DNA of 64,000 nt, taken from NCBI GenBank assembly GCA_964371045.1, contig CAYJMN010000002.1:60959-124958 (forward strand), read 5' to 3'. Below are positions 49,345 through 59,189 of this stretch, one piece after another. The notes below the pieces were generated by a model. It was not told the origin of the DNA and searched no databases. It saw only the letters and a list, made by a program, of their open reading frames with translations. How positions within the stretch are numbered: the stretch's first letter is position 1; each line of letters starts with the position of its first letter. The position numbers and the translations under genes are program-made. Source of the DNA: an uncultured Chromatiales bacterium (GTDB taxonomy: Bacteria > Bacteroidota > Ignavibacteria > SZUA-365).

Positions 49345-51375
49345 CTATTTCGCGCCGGCACCGATCCAGCGATCGAGCCAGGAAATGAATTCACCGTACC
49401 AGTGAATCGAATTGAGCGGTGAGAGAATCCAGTGATTCTCGTCGGGATACACAACGATGCGGGCCGGAATACCTTTCGCCTTCAGCATCCCGTAAGATTC
49501 CAGTGCCTGACCGTACGGGACCCGGTAATCTTTTTCTCCGTGCATGAGCAGCGTCGGTGTGACGTACGAGGACGCATATTGCGAGGGACTCCAGCGAAGG
49601 ACCTTATCGCGGCCATCCCATGGCGTTCCTCCATAGCTGACGTCGCGAAGCTGCGTCACGTCGGAACCGAATTGCGCCATTAGATTGTACACACCGGCAT
49701 GATTGACGAGGCAGGCGAAACGCGAGCTTTGCGATCCGATCCATGCTGTGAGATACCCCCCATAGCTCCCACCCCCGGCCGCCATGCGTGTTGAATCGAC
49801 ATAAGGACGCTTGACCATTTCGTCCACAGCGCACATCACATCGATAAAGGGCAGTCGGGGATGTTCACCGTTGATACGCTCCGCGAAATGCTCGCCGAAG
49901 CCGGTTGAGCCATGAAAATTCGGCATGATGACGATATAGCCTGCGGAGGCGAACACCTGGGCGTTCCAGCGAGGATGAAAATCGTCTCCGAAGGTTCCGT
50001 GAGGTCCACCGTGAAGCAGCACAAGCAGAGGCCATTTTTTCGCAGGTGAAAAATTCGGCGGGTACGCCACGTACATTTGAATACTGTCCCCCTCGGCGCC
50101 CGGGAATCTTACCTCTTCCACCCGCCCCATGGCGAGAGAATCCAACCTTCCACTGTTGGGAGTACCCAACGTGCTGAACGACGTGCCATCGAGATTCATG
50201 ACATGCAGAGCGTTGGGTGCGGAGAGATGTTGATGTAAAAACACGATATGGTTTCCGGCAATGCGCAATCCGCTGTTCGTCCCGTTATGAAGCAGCGTGC
50301 TTACAGCGCCGCCACTCATCGGAACCGAAAAAATACTTTGTTTCGCGAAATGATCCGCGACGAAATACACGGTATTATCGTCCTTGTCGGTCACCCATCC
50401 AGAAGGGCTGCGATCGAATTCCCTGCACAGCTCCACCTCTGATCCTGTTGCGCGGTCACGCCGTATGAGGCGGACGTTTTCGGCGTTCCGGTCGGTGTGA
50501 AGATTTTTGCCATACAAAATGTAGCGCCCCGTGCTGCTGTACCGGGGGGCCATGTCGTCGGCAGGATTGGCTGACGTGAGGTTGGTCATCGCTCCGCCGC
50601 CGTCTGTCGCGATCGTGAAAATATCCGTAAACAGATCGTCATACGGCGCGCTGCGGGTCATTGCCGCAGCTGCGATCTCCTTGCCATCCGGAGAAATATC
50701 GAAGTCGATGCCGCCGGAATAATTGAAGTATCGGTCCATCGCGGGCGTGAGGTCCATCACCTTCCGGCTCTGAATATCAACCGTAAACAGATGGTCGATA
50801 TACCCGTCGGTGAGGTAATGATCCCAATAGCGGTAGAGTCGGTCTTCGGAAATCCGTGCAGATACTTTAGCATCCTTTTTCTTTTTTATTAGCGCACGCA
50901 ACGTGTCCATATCGGCGACCCCGGGTAGGGTAGCCGAAACGAAGGCCACGCGATTGCCGTCCGGAAACCACTTGGGTGAAGAGACGCCGAGCGGCATCTC
51001 CGTCAGGCGCCTGGCTTCGCCGCCTTCGAGGCCGATAATGTAGAGTTGCGAACGCTCGTCGTCGTCACGTTTCGCGGTGAATACCAACCATTTACCATCA
51101 GGACTCCATGACGGATTCCCTTCGCTACCCTTGCCGGTCGTGAATTGTCTTGCGCCGCCGTCGGCCAGTGAATACAGCCAGATGTCCCCATTGCCTTTGT
51201 TGGCCGCGAGATCATAGGAGGTGACGACAACAGCCGCCGTGCGCCCATCAGGGGAAATTTCACATGCTCCCATGCGGTCAAGGAGCCAGAGATCGCGCGC
51301 GGTGAATTGACGCTGCGCCAGTGCCGACAGGGAACACAGCATGAGTGCGAAGGCAAGGAAGAAACGCTGATGCAT
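49345..51375 (-). CDS. S9 family serine peptidase (prolyl oligopeptidase/dipeptidyl aminopeptidase type) with an N-terminal TolB-like beta-propeller
   Basis: Signal peptide at the internal Met (MHQRFFLAFALMLCSLSALAQ). Propeller repeats (PSWSPDGKWLVF; SPKWFPDGNRVAF). Catalytic Ser in GGSYGGYL and Asp/His in the C-terminal alpha/beta-hydrolase domain (...DYRVP...DENHW). Confidence 0.85.
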   Translation of the reverse strand: MHQRFFLAFALMLCSLSALAQRQFTARDLWLLDRMGACEISPDGRTAAVVVTSYDLAANKGNGDIWLYSLADGGARQFTTGKGSEGNPSWSPDGKWLVFTAKRDDDERSQLYIIGLEGGEARRLTEMPLGVSSPKWFPDGNRVAFVSATLPGVADMDTLRALIKKKKDAKVSARISEDRLYRYWDHYLTDGYIDHLFTVDIQSRKVMDLTPAMDRYFNYSGGIDFDISPDGKEIAAAAMTRSAPYDDLFTDIFTIATDGGGAMTNLTSANPADDMAPRYSSTGRYILYGKNLHTDRNAENVRLIRRDRATGSEVELCREFDRSPSGWVTDKDDNTVYFVADHFAKQSIFSVPMSGGAVSTLLHNGTNSGLRIAGNHIVFLHQHLSAPNALHVMNLDGTSFSTLGTPNSGRLDSLAMGRVEEVRFPGAEGDSIQMYVAYPPNFSPAKKWPLLVLLHGGPHGTFGDDFHPRWNAQVFASAGYIVIMPNFHGSTGFGEHFAERINGEHPRLPFIDVMCAVDEMVKRPYVDSTRMAAGGGSYGGYLTAWIGSQSSRFACLVNHAGVYNLMAQFGSDVTQLRDVSYGGTPWDGRDKVLRWSPSQYASSYVTPTLLMHGEKDYRVPYGQALESYGMLKAKGIPARIVVYPDENHWILSPLNSIHWYGEFISWLDRWIGAGAK

Positions 51376-51400
51376 GATGGAGTCCGTAGTTCGTGTGACG

Positions 51401-52276
51401 TTATTCCGCTTCAAGAATTGCGCGCGCCTCCTGGAGTTCGGCGAGGTGCGCTTCGGTCGGTTTGGGGTAATGGAGATCGAGTTGTTCAAGCGTCTGGACA
51501 ATGATTTGCGCTACCGTGAGTCGGCCAAACCACTTGTGATCGGCAGGGATAATGTGCCAGGGCGCGACCTCGGTGCTTGTGTGGTTGAACACGTCCTCGA
51601 ATGCGCTCATATAGTCATCCCAATGCGCTCTCTCAATCACGTCGTTTTTCGAAAATTTCCAGTTTTTTTCCGGAGTATCTATCCGCGCCAGAAAACGTCT
51701 GCGCTGTTCATCCCTGGAAACGTTGAGAAAGAATTTCAACACGATAATCCCGTTGTCTACAAGGTATCGCTCGAGATTGTTTATCTCCCGAAATCGCTGT
51801 TTCCAAATATTCGCTTCCCTGGCCGGCACCGGGTGTTTTTGCCTGCTGAGTATCTCCGGATGCACCCTTGTCACGAGCACTTCCTCATAGTACGAGCGAT
51901 TGAAAATACCGATCCGTCCGCGCTCGGGGAGGCGGTGGATACATCTCCAAAGATAGTCGTGATCGAGTTCCTCCGCGGAGGGAGCCTTGAAACTGAAAAC
52001 CTGGCACCCTTGAGGATTGACACCCGACATAACATGTTTTATCGTCCCATCCTTCCCCGCGGCATCCATGGCCTGAAAAATAATCAGCAACGAGTACGAG
52101 TCGTGGGCATACATTACATCCTGCAACTCCGCCATACGCCCGATATCTTTCTTCAATTGCTCCGCCGCATCGTTCTTGTTTTTGAAATCCGCCGTGTACC
52201 CCGTGTCGTAATCGGCAAGTTTGATGCGCTTGTCATGCGGGACCCTGAATTGGCCGAGTTTCATGGCTGCCTCCAA
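51401..52276 (-). CDS. polyphosphate kinase 2 family protein (polyphosphate:nucleotide phosphotransferase)
   Basis: PPK2 Walker A FQAMDAAGKDGTI and the PPK2 lid/Walker B region (IFNRSYYE...). 291 aa is typical of single-domain PPK2. Confidence 0.85.
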   Translation of the reverse strand: MEAAMKLGQFRVPHDKRIKLADYDTGYTADFKNKNDAAEQLKKDIGRMAELQDVMYAHDSYSLLIIFQAMDAAGKDGTIKHVMSGVNPQGCQVFSFKAPSAEELDHDYLWRCIHRLPERGRIGIFNRSYYEEVLVTRVHPEILSRQKHPVPAREANIWKQRFREINNLERYLVDNGIIVLKFFLNVSRDEQRRRFLARIDTPEKNWKFSKNDVIERAHWDDYMSAFEDVFNHTSTEVAPWHIIPADHKWFGRLTVAQIIVQTLEQLDLHYPKPTEAHLAELQEARAILEAE

Positions 52277-52466
52277 TGTGCGTGATGGTGGGAATGACTC
52301 CGGAGCGAAATATACGGATTTCGATCACGTGACCTGAGCGAAAAAAAGGCGGACAAGCGGGAAACCTCTGGACGGCTGTGTTCCGTGGAAGTCCACTCTC
52401 AGTGCGCTAAACGCCTTGAGCCGGTGCAGGCGGAGCACCGCTTCGGACCGTAGGCACCAACCGAAC

Positions 52467-53267
52467 TTATTTTACACTGCGAATGGAAAGGATCTTGATT
52501 CCGCTGCCCTTTTTCTCTATATCGTGTACCTTGTCCATGCCGCCGATGACCTTTCCGAATACGGTATGCCTGCCGTCGAGCCAATCGCATCCGGTTTTGG
52601 TTGTCACGATAAAAAACTGCGAGCCGTTGGTGTTCGCACCTGCGTTGGCCATACAGATGGTGGCGTAGGCCACCTTCGCCTTGAGCTTCCCATCGCGGTA
52701 TACGGCTTTGGTGGCGCCAGTTTTGTCGAGATAGAATTCCACGGTGTTGACCATCAAGGGGCGGCCGCTCTTCTGCGTATAGCATGCCTCTGCGATCGTC
52801 ACGAGATCGGTATCCGGCGTTTTCGTGGCGGCAAAGTAGGGCTGGAGAATCTTCTGGAACACTTCAACCGCCATGTTTTCGTCGGCAATCGGGCCGCTAA
52901 GCCGAGGTCCCTGCTCGTAACACTCATCCACGAATGCATATCCAGGGCCACCGGTACCGTCGCCATTGGGACAGCCCCCCTGAATCATGAAATCGTCTAT
53001 GACGCGGTGGAAAACAAGTCCGTCATAGAATGGTCGAATGACCTTCTGTCCGGCCCTGGGATCTGTCCATTCCTTCGTTCCGTCGGCGAGACCTATAAAA
53101 TTCTCCACCGTGATTGGAGCGATATCCGGCCAGAGTTCAACCATGATATCGCCAACCTCAGTCTGGATGCGCACGAGCGGTTTCGATGATTCGCCCATCG
53201 GTTGCTGGGCCAGCATTGGTGTGTAACAGAACAGGAGAGATATAAGCGCGAGGAGCGGCGTTTTCAT
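52467..53267 (-). CDS. secreted cyclophilin-type peptidyl-prolyl cis-trans isomerase
   Basis: Signal peptide at the internal Met (MKTPLLALISLLFCYTPMLA). Cyclophilin motifs (FHRVIDDFMIQGG; GGCPNGDGTGGPGY). The upstream 66-codon extension is not supported. Confidence 0.85.
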   Translation of the reverse strand: MKTPLLALISLLFCYTPMLAQQPMGESSKPLVRIQTEVGDIMVELWPDIAPITVENFIGLADGTKEWTDPRAGQKVIRPFYDGLVFHRVIDDFMIQGGCPNGDGTGGPGYAFVDECYEQGPRLSGPIADENMAVEVFQKILQPYFAATKTPDTDLVTIAEACYTQKSGRPLMVNTVEFYLDKTGATKAVYRDGKLKAKVAYATICMANAGANTNGSQFFIVTTKTGCDWLDGRHTVFGKVIGGMDKVHDIEKKGSGIKILSIRSVK

Positions 53268-53456
53268 GAAATTCCTTGAGATGCTGTGCCGAATCGAGTA
53301 GGTTGAAAAGTATAATATAGTCATCCAGGAACAATTGGCCATCGCTTCAGCCGCCGATCCGGCGAAGCGCCGCAGGTTTGGATTGGAGGTTCCACGGATC
53401 ATTGAATAAATCCTCCCCACCGCGTGTATCATTATCGACTGAAAAGGATATCGTTC

Positions 53457-54014
53457 ATGCAACAAAGACTACAGCAAGATGACGAGGCGATACTGCGCGT
53501 ACAGAACGGTGATAAACATGCCTACGCCCTGATCGTTGATGCATATATGCGACCGGCCTATTATTCCGCGCTTTCCCTGGTTGGATCACATGATGAAGCG
53601 ATGGACCTCTCGCAGCAGGCGTTCATACGGGCGTATCTTTCCATTGATTCCTTCATCCCCGGCCGAAGTTTTTTCACCTGGTATTACCGCATTCTACGCA
53701 ATCTCTGCCTGAATTTTCTGCGCGACCGATCCTTACACGCTCAGCCCTTCTCTCGTTTCGATTCCATGTTCGAGTCAATCGGTAACGGAGACGATCCGTC
53801 CGCTGCAGCTGACCGCTCACTGACGCGCGACCGTGTCCGACGCGCGTTAGCCCTTCTCAAACCCGAAGAACGCGAGATCATCATGCTTCGCGAGTTCGAG
53901 GGATACAGCTATGCTGAAATCAGCGAATTGCTCGAATGCCCGACCGGCACGGTCATGTCGCGCTTGTACTATGCGCGGAAGCACGTGAAAGATTTTCTGG
54001 AGGACGTATCATGA
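53457..54014 (+). CDS. ECF-type RNA polymerase sigma factor (sigma-70 family, group 4)
   Basis: Region 2 (YMRPAYYSALSLVGSHDEAMDLSQQAFIRAY; WYYRILRNLCLNFLRDR) and region 4 HTH (SYAEISELLECPTGTVMSRLYYARKHVKD). Start taken at Met 53457 with AAAGGA upstream. Confidence 0.85.
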   Translation: MQQRLQQDDEAILRVQNGDKHAYALIVDAYMRPAYYSALSLVGSHDEAMDLSQQAFIRAYLSIDSFIPGRSFFTWYYRILRNLCLNFLRDRSLHAQPFSRFDSMFESIGNGDDPSAAADRSLTRDRVRRALALLKPEEREIIMLREFEGYSYAEISELLECPTGTVMSRLYYARKHVKDFLEDVS

Positions 54015-54463
54015 CAGACCTGGAACGAGACCGCTTCCGCACACTGATGATGAAAGCGCTTGATGGTGAACTGACGGGCGGTGAGCATTCTGAATTCGAG
54101 ACATTTCTTCAAACACCCGATTGCTCCCGGGAGTGGACGGAGTATCTACACATCAAGGAGGAAACCATGTCGCTGAAAATCAAATCACCCGCACCGGAAG
54201 TCTGGGACGATTATTGGAGCGGAGTGTACAACCGCATGGAGCGTGGCGTCGCCTGGCTGCTTGTGTCCATTGGCGCCGTCCTGCTCCTGGCATGGGGCGC
54301 CGTTGAGGCCGCTTCCGCAGTATGGGCGGATTCCGAACTGCCATGGTTCATCAAGCTTGCCATCGCTACTCTCAGCGGAGGTTTGCTACTTCTGCTTTAT
54401 TCCGTGATCCGGGAACGCTGGTTCATGGCAAAAACCGACAAATACAAAGGGGTCATCCGATGA
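54011..54463 (+). CDS. putative anti-sigma factor (membrane-anchored)
   Basis: ATG overlaps the sigma-factor stop (ATGA). N-terminal cytoplasmic segment (MTDLERDRFRTLMMKALDGELTGGEHSEFETFLQTPDCSREWTEYLH) resembles a zinc-finger anti-sigma N-domain, followed by two TM helices. Confidence 0.55.
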   Translation: MTDLERDRFRTLMMKALDGELTGGEHSEFETFLQTPDCSREWTEYLHIKEETMSLKIKSPAPEVWDDYWSGVYNRMERGVAWLLVSIGAVLLLAWGAVEAASAVWADSELPWFIKLAIATLSGGLLLLLYSVIRERWFMAKTDKYKGVIR

Positions 54464-54783
54464 TCATCGCCACCTCATCAACCATCGCGGGCAAGCGTAT
54501 CGTCAAGACACTGGGAATTGTTCGAGGCAATACGATTCGAGCTCGTCATATCGGCAAGGACATTCAAGCCCTTTTTAAAAATATCGTCGGAGGAGAAATC
54601 CACGAATACACAAAACTCCTAGGTGAGTCGCGCGATCAGTCGATCGACCGGATGATTGAAAACGCACACGCTCTCGGAGCGAATGCCATCGTTGATGCCC
54701 GCTTTTCCACAAGTTCGGTGATGCAGGGCGCCGCGGAAATCCTCGTGTACGGGACGGCGGTCGTTATCCAGGACGAAACCTGA
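54460..54783 (+). CDS. ybjQ: YbjQ/UPF0145 family protein (putative heavy-metal-binding, DUF74)
   Basis: MIIATSSTIAGKRIVKTLGIVRGNTIRARHIGKDIQA...ANAIVDARF is the characteristic UPF0145 fold sequence. ATG overlaps the anti-sigma stop (ATGA). Confidence 0.8.
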   Translation: MIIATSSTIAGKRIVKTLGIVRGNTIRARHIGKDIQALFKNIVGGEIHEYTKLLGESRDQSIDRMIENAHALGANAIVDARFSTSSVMQGAAEILVYGTAVVIQDET

Positions 54784-54893
54784 CTGCGGAGAACCTTTCT
54801 CCTGCGCGTACCCGGCAGTTTGCTGTGTCGCCTGTCGATGTCGTAGATTAGTCCGACCGGCATTGCCGGACGAATCACCTTAGGATAACACGC

Positions 54894-55679
54894 ATGAACC
54901 GCCCACTCATCCTGGTTTCCAACGACGACGGATACGACTCGCCGGGGATTCACGCACTCGTCATGTCGCTGCGCAGTTTGGGGGAAGTGGTCGTGATCGC
55001 ACCCGCGACACAACAGAGCGCCGTCGGTCACGCCATCACGGTGCAGCAGCCGCTTCGCGCGCGACCCATCGACCGGGGACCTTACTTCCGCGGCTGGGCG
55101 GTTGAGGGCACCCCGGCGGACAGCGTCAAGCTGGGTGTCACCACCCTGTTGAATCGGAAACCGGATCTGGTCGTATCGGGGATCAATCATGGCATGAACA
55201 CCTCGATCAACGTCCTTTACTCCGGAACAGTATCCGCAGCGACTGAAGGCGCGATCCTCGGGATCCCTGCGATCGCAGTATCGCACGCCTCCCATTCGTT
55301 GGAATCTGACCTCCGGGGGGCAGCATCCTTCGCAAAAATCATCGCCACGGAAGTTCTCAAACGCGGGATGCCGAAAGGGACATTGCTCAACGTAAACGTA
55401 CCGAATATCCCGCCGGAGGACATCGTCGGAGTCCGGATAACGAAGCAGGGACGTTCATGGTGGGACGACGGTTTTGAAGGACGGAAGGATCCCGTCGGTC
55501 GCGATTATTACTGGCTGGTCGGAACCTACGTGTGGGATCCCGATCCGCTGGTCGACGACAGCGCTTTGCGGGAAAATTATATTTCAGTCACGCCTCTGCA
55601 CTATAATCTGACGGACGAGGGACTGTTCGACGTAATGAAGGATTGGAAGCTGGTGCTGAAAAAGGGTCGGAAACGATAA
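54894..55679 (+). CDS. surE: 5'/3'-nucleotidase SurE
   Basis: MNRPLILVSNDDGYDSPGIHAL...VVIAPATQQSAVGHAIT...SGINHGMN are canonical SurE motifs. 261 aa. Confidence 0.9.
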   Translation: MNRPLILVSNDDGYDSPGIHALVMSLRSLGEVVVIAPATQQSAVGHAITVQQPLRARPIDRGPYFRGWAVEGTPADSVKLGVTTLLNRKPDLVVSGINHGMNTSINVLYSGTVSAATEGAILGIPAIAVSHASHSLESDLRGAASFAKIIATEVLKRGMPKGTLLNVNVPNIPPEDIVGVRITKQGRSWWDDGFEGRKDPVGRDYYWLVGTYVWDPDPLVDDSALRENYISVTPLHYNLTDEGLFDVMKDWKLVLKKGRKR

Positions 55680-55704
55680 CACGAACCGCCATCGAAGTCG
55701 TATC

Positions 55705-55734
55705 GGATTTCCGCATACAGGAAATATTTATTCT
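55705..55734 (+). terminator. candidate bidirectional intrinsic terminator between surE and the convergent small gene
   Basis: Hairpin ATTTCC-GCATACA-GGAAAT (55707-55725) followed by a T-rich tract ATTTATTCT. It overlaps the stop codon of the minus-strand small gene. Confidence 0.4.
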
Positions 55735-55946
55735 CCGTTCTTGAGTCGCCTGTACCTGGCTTTTGCCCGTTCAATCGTCGCCAGCCGATATTCCTCGTCT
55801 TCATGATATCGGTCCTTCGCCCGCTGAAGAGTTGCTTCTCGGTAATCCTCATCATCCTTGTATTTTTTACTCATGGCACGCAATACCGCTGTACGATGCC
55901 TGGCGTAGTAGCTTATTTTCTTCTTTTGATTGCGTTCTTCGTTCAT
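55728..55946 (-). CDS. small highly charged protein with three ~18-aa internal repeats (Y-R-x-A-T-x-x-R-A-K-x-R-Y)
   Basis: MNEERNQKKKISYYARHRTAVLRAMSKKYKDDEDYREATLQRAKDRYHEDEEYRLATIERAKARYRRLKNGE. AGGAAG sits about 13 nt upstream of the ATG. Convergent with surE. Confidence 0.45.
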   Translation of the reverse strand: MNEERNQKKKISYYARHRTAVLRAMSKKYKDDEDYREATLQRAKDRYHEDEEYRLATIERAKARYRRLKNGE

Positions 55947-56407
55947 ATCCGGCTACTTCCTTATGGAATAATCAAGCCCGAAAATCCAGATTTCTTCACT
56001 CCACCGGTGCGGAAACCTATGCGCATCCTTTCAGTCAACAGCCTGATCCGATGAACCGGATACGTCAAGGCTGTCCGATATGAAGAGAGATTCATTCACG
56101 AACGAGAAATCATTCTGTACAGATGCGAAAATTCCTTTCAATGCAAATTCAGGACACATCCGAAACGCAATGTGTTTCGCGGAAAAGAAAATTGCAAATC
56201 ACCACCGATGACGGACAGTCGGCAGTGGTGTGAGCACCTATCTTAGGGTTCGCTTCCGACAGTGAATTATTGGACAGAGATTCCCGGTTTGGAGATTGAC
56301 CGCAGGGACGATCCCCACCCTTTGGTGAAGCACGCCATCCTCTCCCTGCGTAATTTCGTTGTCTTTCGCTTGTGCATAGCCTAGATTGTCTTTACGTTCA
56401 CAATCGG

Positions 56408-59137
56408 ATGGTAAATCAGATGAAACTCAAACGCGCACTCTCCATTGCAGCGGGAATTCTTGTAGCGCTGCTTATCCTCTCGGGTATGGTATCTTCGTTC
56501 TTCGCGGATTTGTGGTGGTTCGAGGATCTCGGATACGAACATGTGTTCTGGAAGACGTACACATCGCAGTACAGTCTCTGGCTCGGCGGCTTCGTGTTCT
56601 TCCTTGCGATGATCCTTGTGCATTTGAGGGTGTGTCTGCGTTCCGAGTCGAATCTGACGGTCGATCCCCGACTGCAGACCCTGGTTGCCGGTTTTGCACG
56701 AGTCATTACCTGGCTATCGTACAGCGCTTCGGTATTTCTCGCCTTCATTATGGCCGGAATGCTGAGCGGTACGTGGATGGATCTGCTGGCTGTGATGAAC
56801 AGTCAGAATTTCGGTCTCTATGATCCGATATTTGGACGCGACGTCTCTTTTTACCTCTTCACGTTACCCTTCCTGAATTCCGTCGTCTCCTGGCTCATTG
56901 GTTCAACGGTATTGACGTTTATCGTCGTGCTTCTTGTGTACGTCGTACGTCAGGGCATCTCTTTCGCATTTGGACGCATAGCGATTTCATCCGGAGCGCG
57001 CAAGCATCTCGCCATTCTTGCCGCGCAGTTGTTCATACTGATAGCAGCGACGTATTGGCTGGGTAGATACGATGTCCTTTCCTCCACACGGTCCGGCAGT
57101 TTTTTTGGTGCCGGGTACACGGATGTCCACGCGCAGATCCCCGGCTCCTGGATAATGATGGCGCTTTCGCTTCTTACAGCAGCCGTACTCGTTTACACCC
57201 TTTACTCAAGGCGGTTCAAACTGCTTGTGCGCTGGATGGTCGGCTACGTCGCAATGGCGATTATTCTCGGCGTGATTTTCCCCGGACTCATCCAGAAATT
57301 TATTGTCACGCCCAACGAGCAGGGCAAAGAACTTCCATACATCAGGAACAACATTTCCTTCACGCACTATGCTTTCGACCTTACGCGAGTCGAGGAGAAG
57401 AACATTGATCCGACGTATAATCTTATATATGAGGATATTATCGCGGATAGCGCGACAGTGCGCAACATCATGCTATGGGATTATCGTCCGCTGGCAAGCA
57501 CCCTCGACCAATTGCAGGTTATCCGTCTTTATTATTCCTTCCCGGACGTGGATGTGGATCGCTACAGGCTGCCCGACGGCAGCTATCGCCAGGTTATGCT
57601 CAGTGCCAGGGAACTCGACCAGAGCAAGCTTCCGGCAAATGCGCAGACCTGGGTTAATCTCAATCTCGTGTACACCCATGGATACGGTCTTGGGATGGCC
57701 CCTGTCAATGTAGTCACGGAGGAGGGTCTCCCCGAACTGTTTATCCGCGACATTCCGCCCATAGCCGAGCACGGTTTAGCGATCGAGCGCCCGGAGATTT
57801 ATTTCGGCGAGGCGACGAAGCGACATGTGGTGATAAACGGCAGCATCGATGAATTCGACTATCCATTGGGCGATCAGAACCAGATGACGAAATACCAGGA
57901 AGACGCCGGTGTGTCGATCGGCAGCATGTTCCGCCGCCTGATGTTCGCCTTTCATTTCGGTGAATTGAACATGCTGATTTCCGGGTATCTTGGCTCCGAC
58001 AGCAAAATCCTGTACCACCGCCTGATCGCGGAACGTGTAAAGAAAATCGCACCGTTCCTTGCGTTTGACGAAGATCCATACATCGTCGTGGCGAACGGCC
58101 GATTAAAGTGGATATACGACGCCTATACGTACAGCGAAGTTTTCCCCTACTCAAAATCGGCCCAGGGGTATAATTACATCCGTAATTCAGTCAAAATCGT
58201 TATCGACGCCTACAATGGCGATACGAAATTCTATCTGTTCGATGAACAACTGGATCCCATGGTGCAGGTCTATAAGAAAATGTTCCCCGGATTATTCCAA
58301 CCGCAATCCGCGTTCCCGGAAGAACTCCGCGATCACGTGCGCTATCCACAAGATTTGTTCGATGTCCAATCAGAAGTGTACGCTACGTACCATATGAATG
58401 ACCCACAGGTGTTTTATAACAAGGAAGATCTCTGGAATGTCGCTTCTGAAAAGCTGCAGGAAAGCGCGGTGCAAATGGAAAGCTATTACGCCATCATGCG
58501 GCTCCCCGGCGAAAAGTCCGAGGAATTCATCCAGATGATTCCCTATACACCGAACAAACGCGACAACATGATCGCGTGGCTCTGCGCGCGGAGCGACCGT
58601 GAGCACTACGGAAAGCTGCTCGTGTACAAATTCCCGAAAAAAGAACAGATCTTCGGACCGATGCAAATCATCGCGCGTATGGATCAGGATCCCGTGATTT
58701 CGCAGCAGTTGACGCTCTGGAACCAACAGGGATCAAGCGTGTACCGCGGAAATTTGCTCGTCATTCCCATCAAGGAAGAAGTGATGTACGTACAGCCCAT
58801 CTATCTCCAGGCAACCTCCGGCAAACTACCTGAATTGAAACGCGTGATTGTGGCCTATCACAACCAACTGGCGATGGAATCCACACTGGAAGCAGCGCTT
58901 CTGAGAGTCTTCCAGGCTGGAACTCCTACGAAGGGACCTGCGGCCGCTGGTCAAATGGAAGGAAGTCAGGTGAGGGTTTCCGGGCCAAAGAATCTGCGTG
59001 AACTCTCCCGTTCAGCCATGGAAATATACAACCGGGCCATCGACGCGCAGAAAAGCGGAAATTGGGCCCGTTACGGAGAGGAAATTGAAAAGCTGAAAAA
59101 AGAACTCGATGCGCTTGTGAAGGAGAGTTCGAAATAG
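56408..59137 (+). CDS. UPF0182 family polytopic membrane protein (COG1615)
   Basis: Family-specific motifs aligned to known UPF0182 members: FFADLWWFEDLGYEHVF, FGRDVSFYLFTLPFLNSV, WLGRYDVLSSTRSGSFFGAGYTDVHAQIP. Seven N-terminal TM helices plus a large extracytoplasmic domain. Start at 56408 or 56420. Confidence 0.9.
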   Translation: MVNQMKLKRALSIAAGILVALLILSGMVSSFFADLWWFEDLGYEHVFWKTYTSQYSLWLGGFVFFLAMILVHLRVCLRSESNLTVDPRLQTLVAGFARVITWLSYSASVFLAFIMAGMLSGTWMDLLAVMNSQNFGLYDPIFGRDVSFYLFTLPFLNSVVSWLIGSTVLTFIVVLLVYVVRQGISFAFGRIAISSGARKHLAILAAQLFILIAATYWLGRYDVLSSTRSGSFFGAGYTDVHAQIPGSWIMMALSLLTAAVLVYTLYSRRFKLLVRWMVGYVAMAIILGVIFPGLIQKFIVTPNEQGKELPYIRNNISFTHYAFDLTRVEEKNIDPTYNLIYEDIIADSATVRNIMLWDYRPLASTLDQLQVIRLYYSFPDVDVDRYRLPDGSYRQVMLSARELDQSKLPANAQTWVNLNLVYTHGYGLGMAPVNVVTEEGLPELFIRDIPPIAEHGLAIERPEIYFGEATKRHVVINGSIDEFDYPLGDQNQMTKYQEDAGVSIGSMFRRLMFAFHFGELNMLISGYLGSDSKILYHRLIAERVKKIAPFLAFDEDPYIVVANGRLKWIYDAYTYSEVFPYSKSAQGYNYIRNSVKIVIDAYNGDTKFYLFDEQLDPMVQVYKKMFPGLFQPQSAFPEELRDHVRYPQDLFDVQSEVYATYHMNDPQVFYNKEDLWNVASEKLQESAVQMESYYAIMRLPGEKSEEFIQMIPYTPNKRDNMIAWLCARSDREHYGKLLVYKFPKKEQIFGPMQIIARMDQDPVISQQLTLWNQQGSSVYRGNLLVIPIKEEVMYVQPIYLQATSGKLPELKRVIVAYHNQLAMESTLEAALLRVFQAGTPTKGPAAAGQMEGSQVRVSGPKNLRELSRSAMEIYNRAIDAQKSGNWARYGEEIEKLKKELDALVKESSK

Positions 59138-59189
59138 CGAGGAAGCACGCGAATATTCAGGAATAATCGCCGGCTGTGTCCTCCCTTTG

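Noticed and set aside
52277-52466. GC-rich spacer between PPK2 and the cyclophilin with short hairpins (GGTGC...GCACC; CTTCGG), considered as an ncRNA
   Set aside because: The stems are short (5 bp) and lack U-tracts. The spacer most simply holds the PPK2 promoter and a weak cyclophilin terminator. There is not enough structure to propose an RNA gene.
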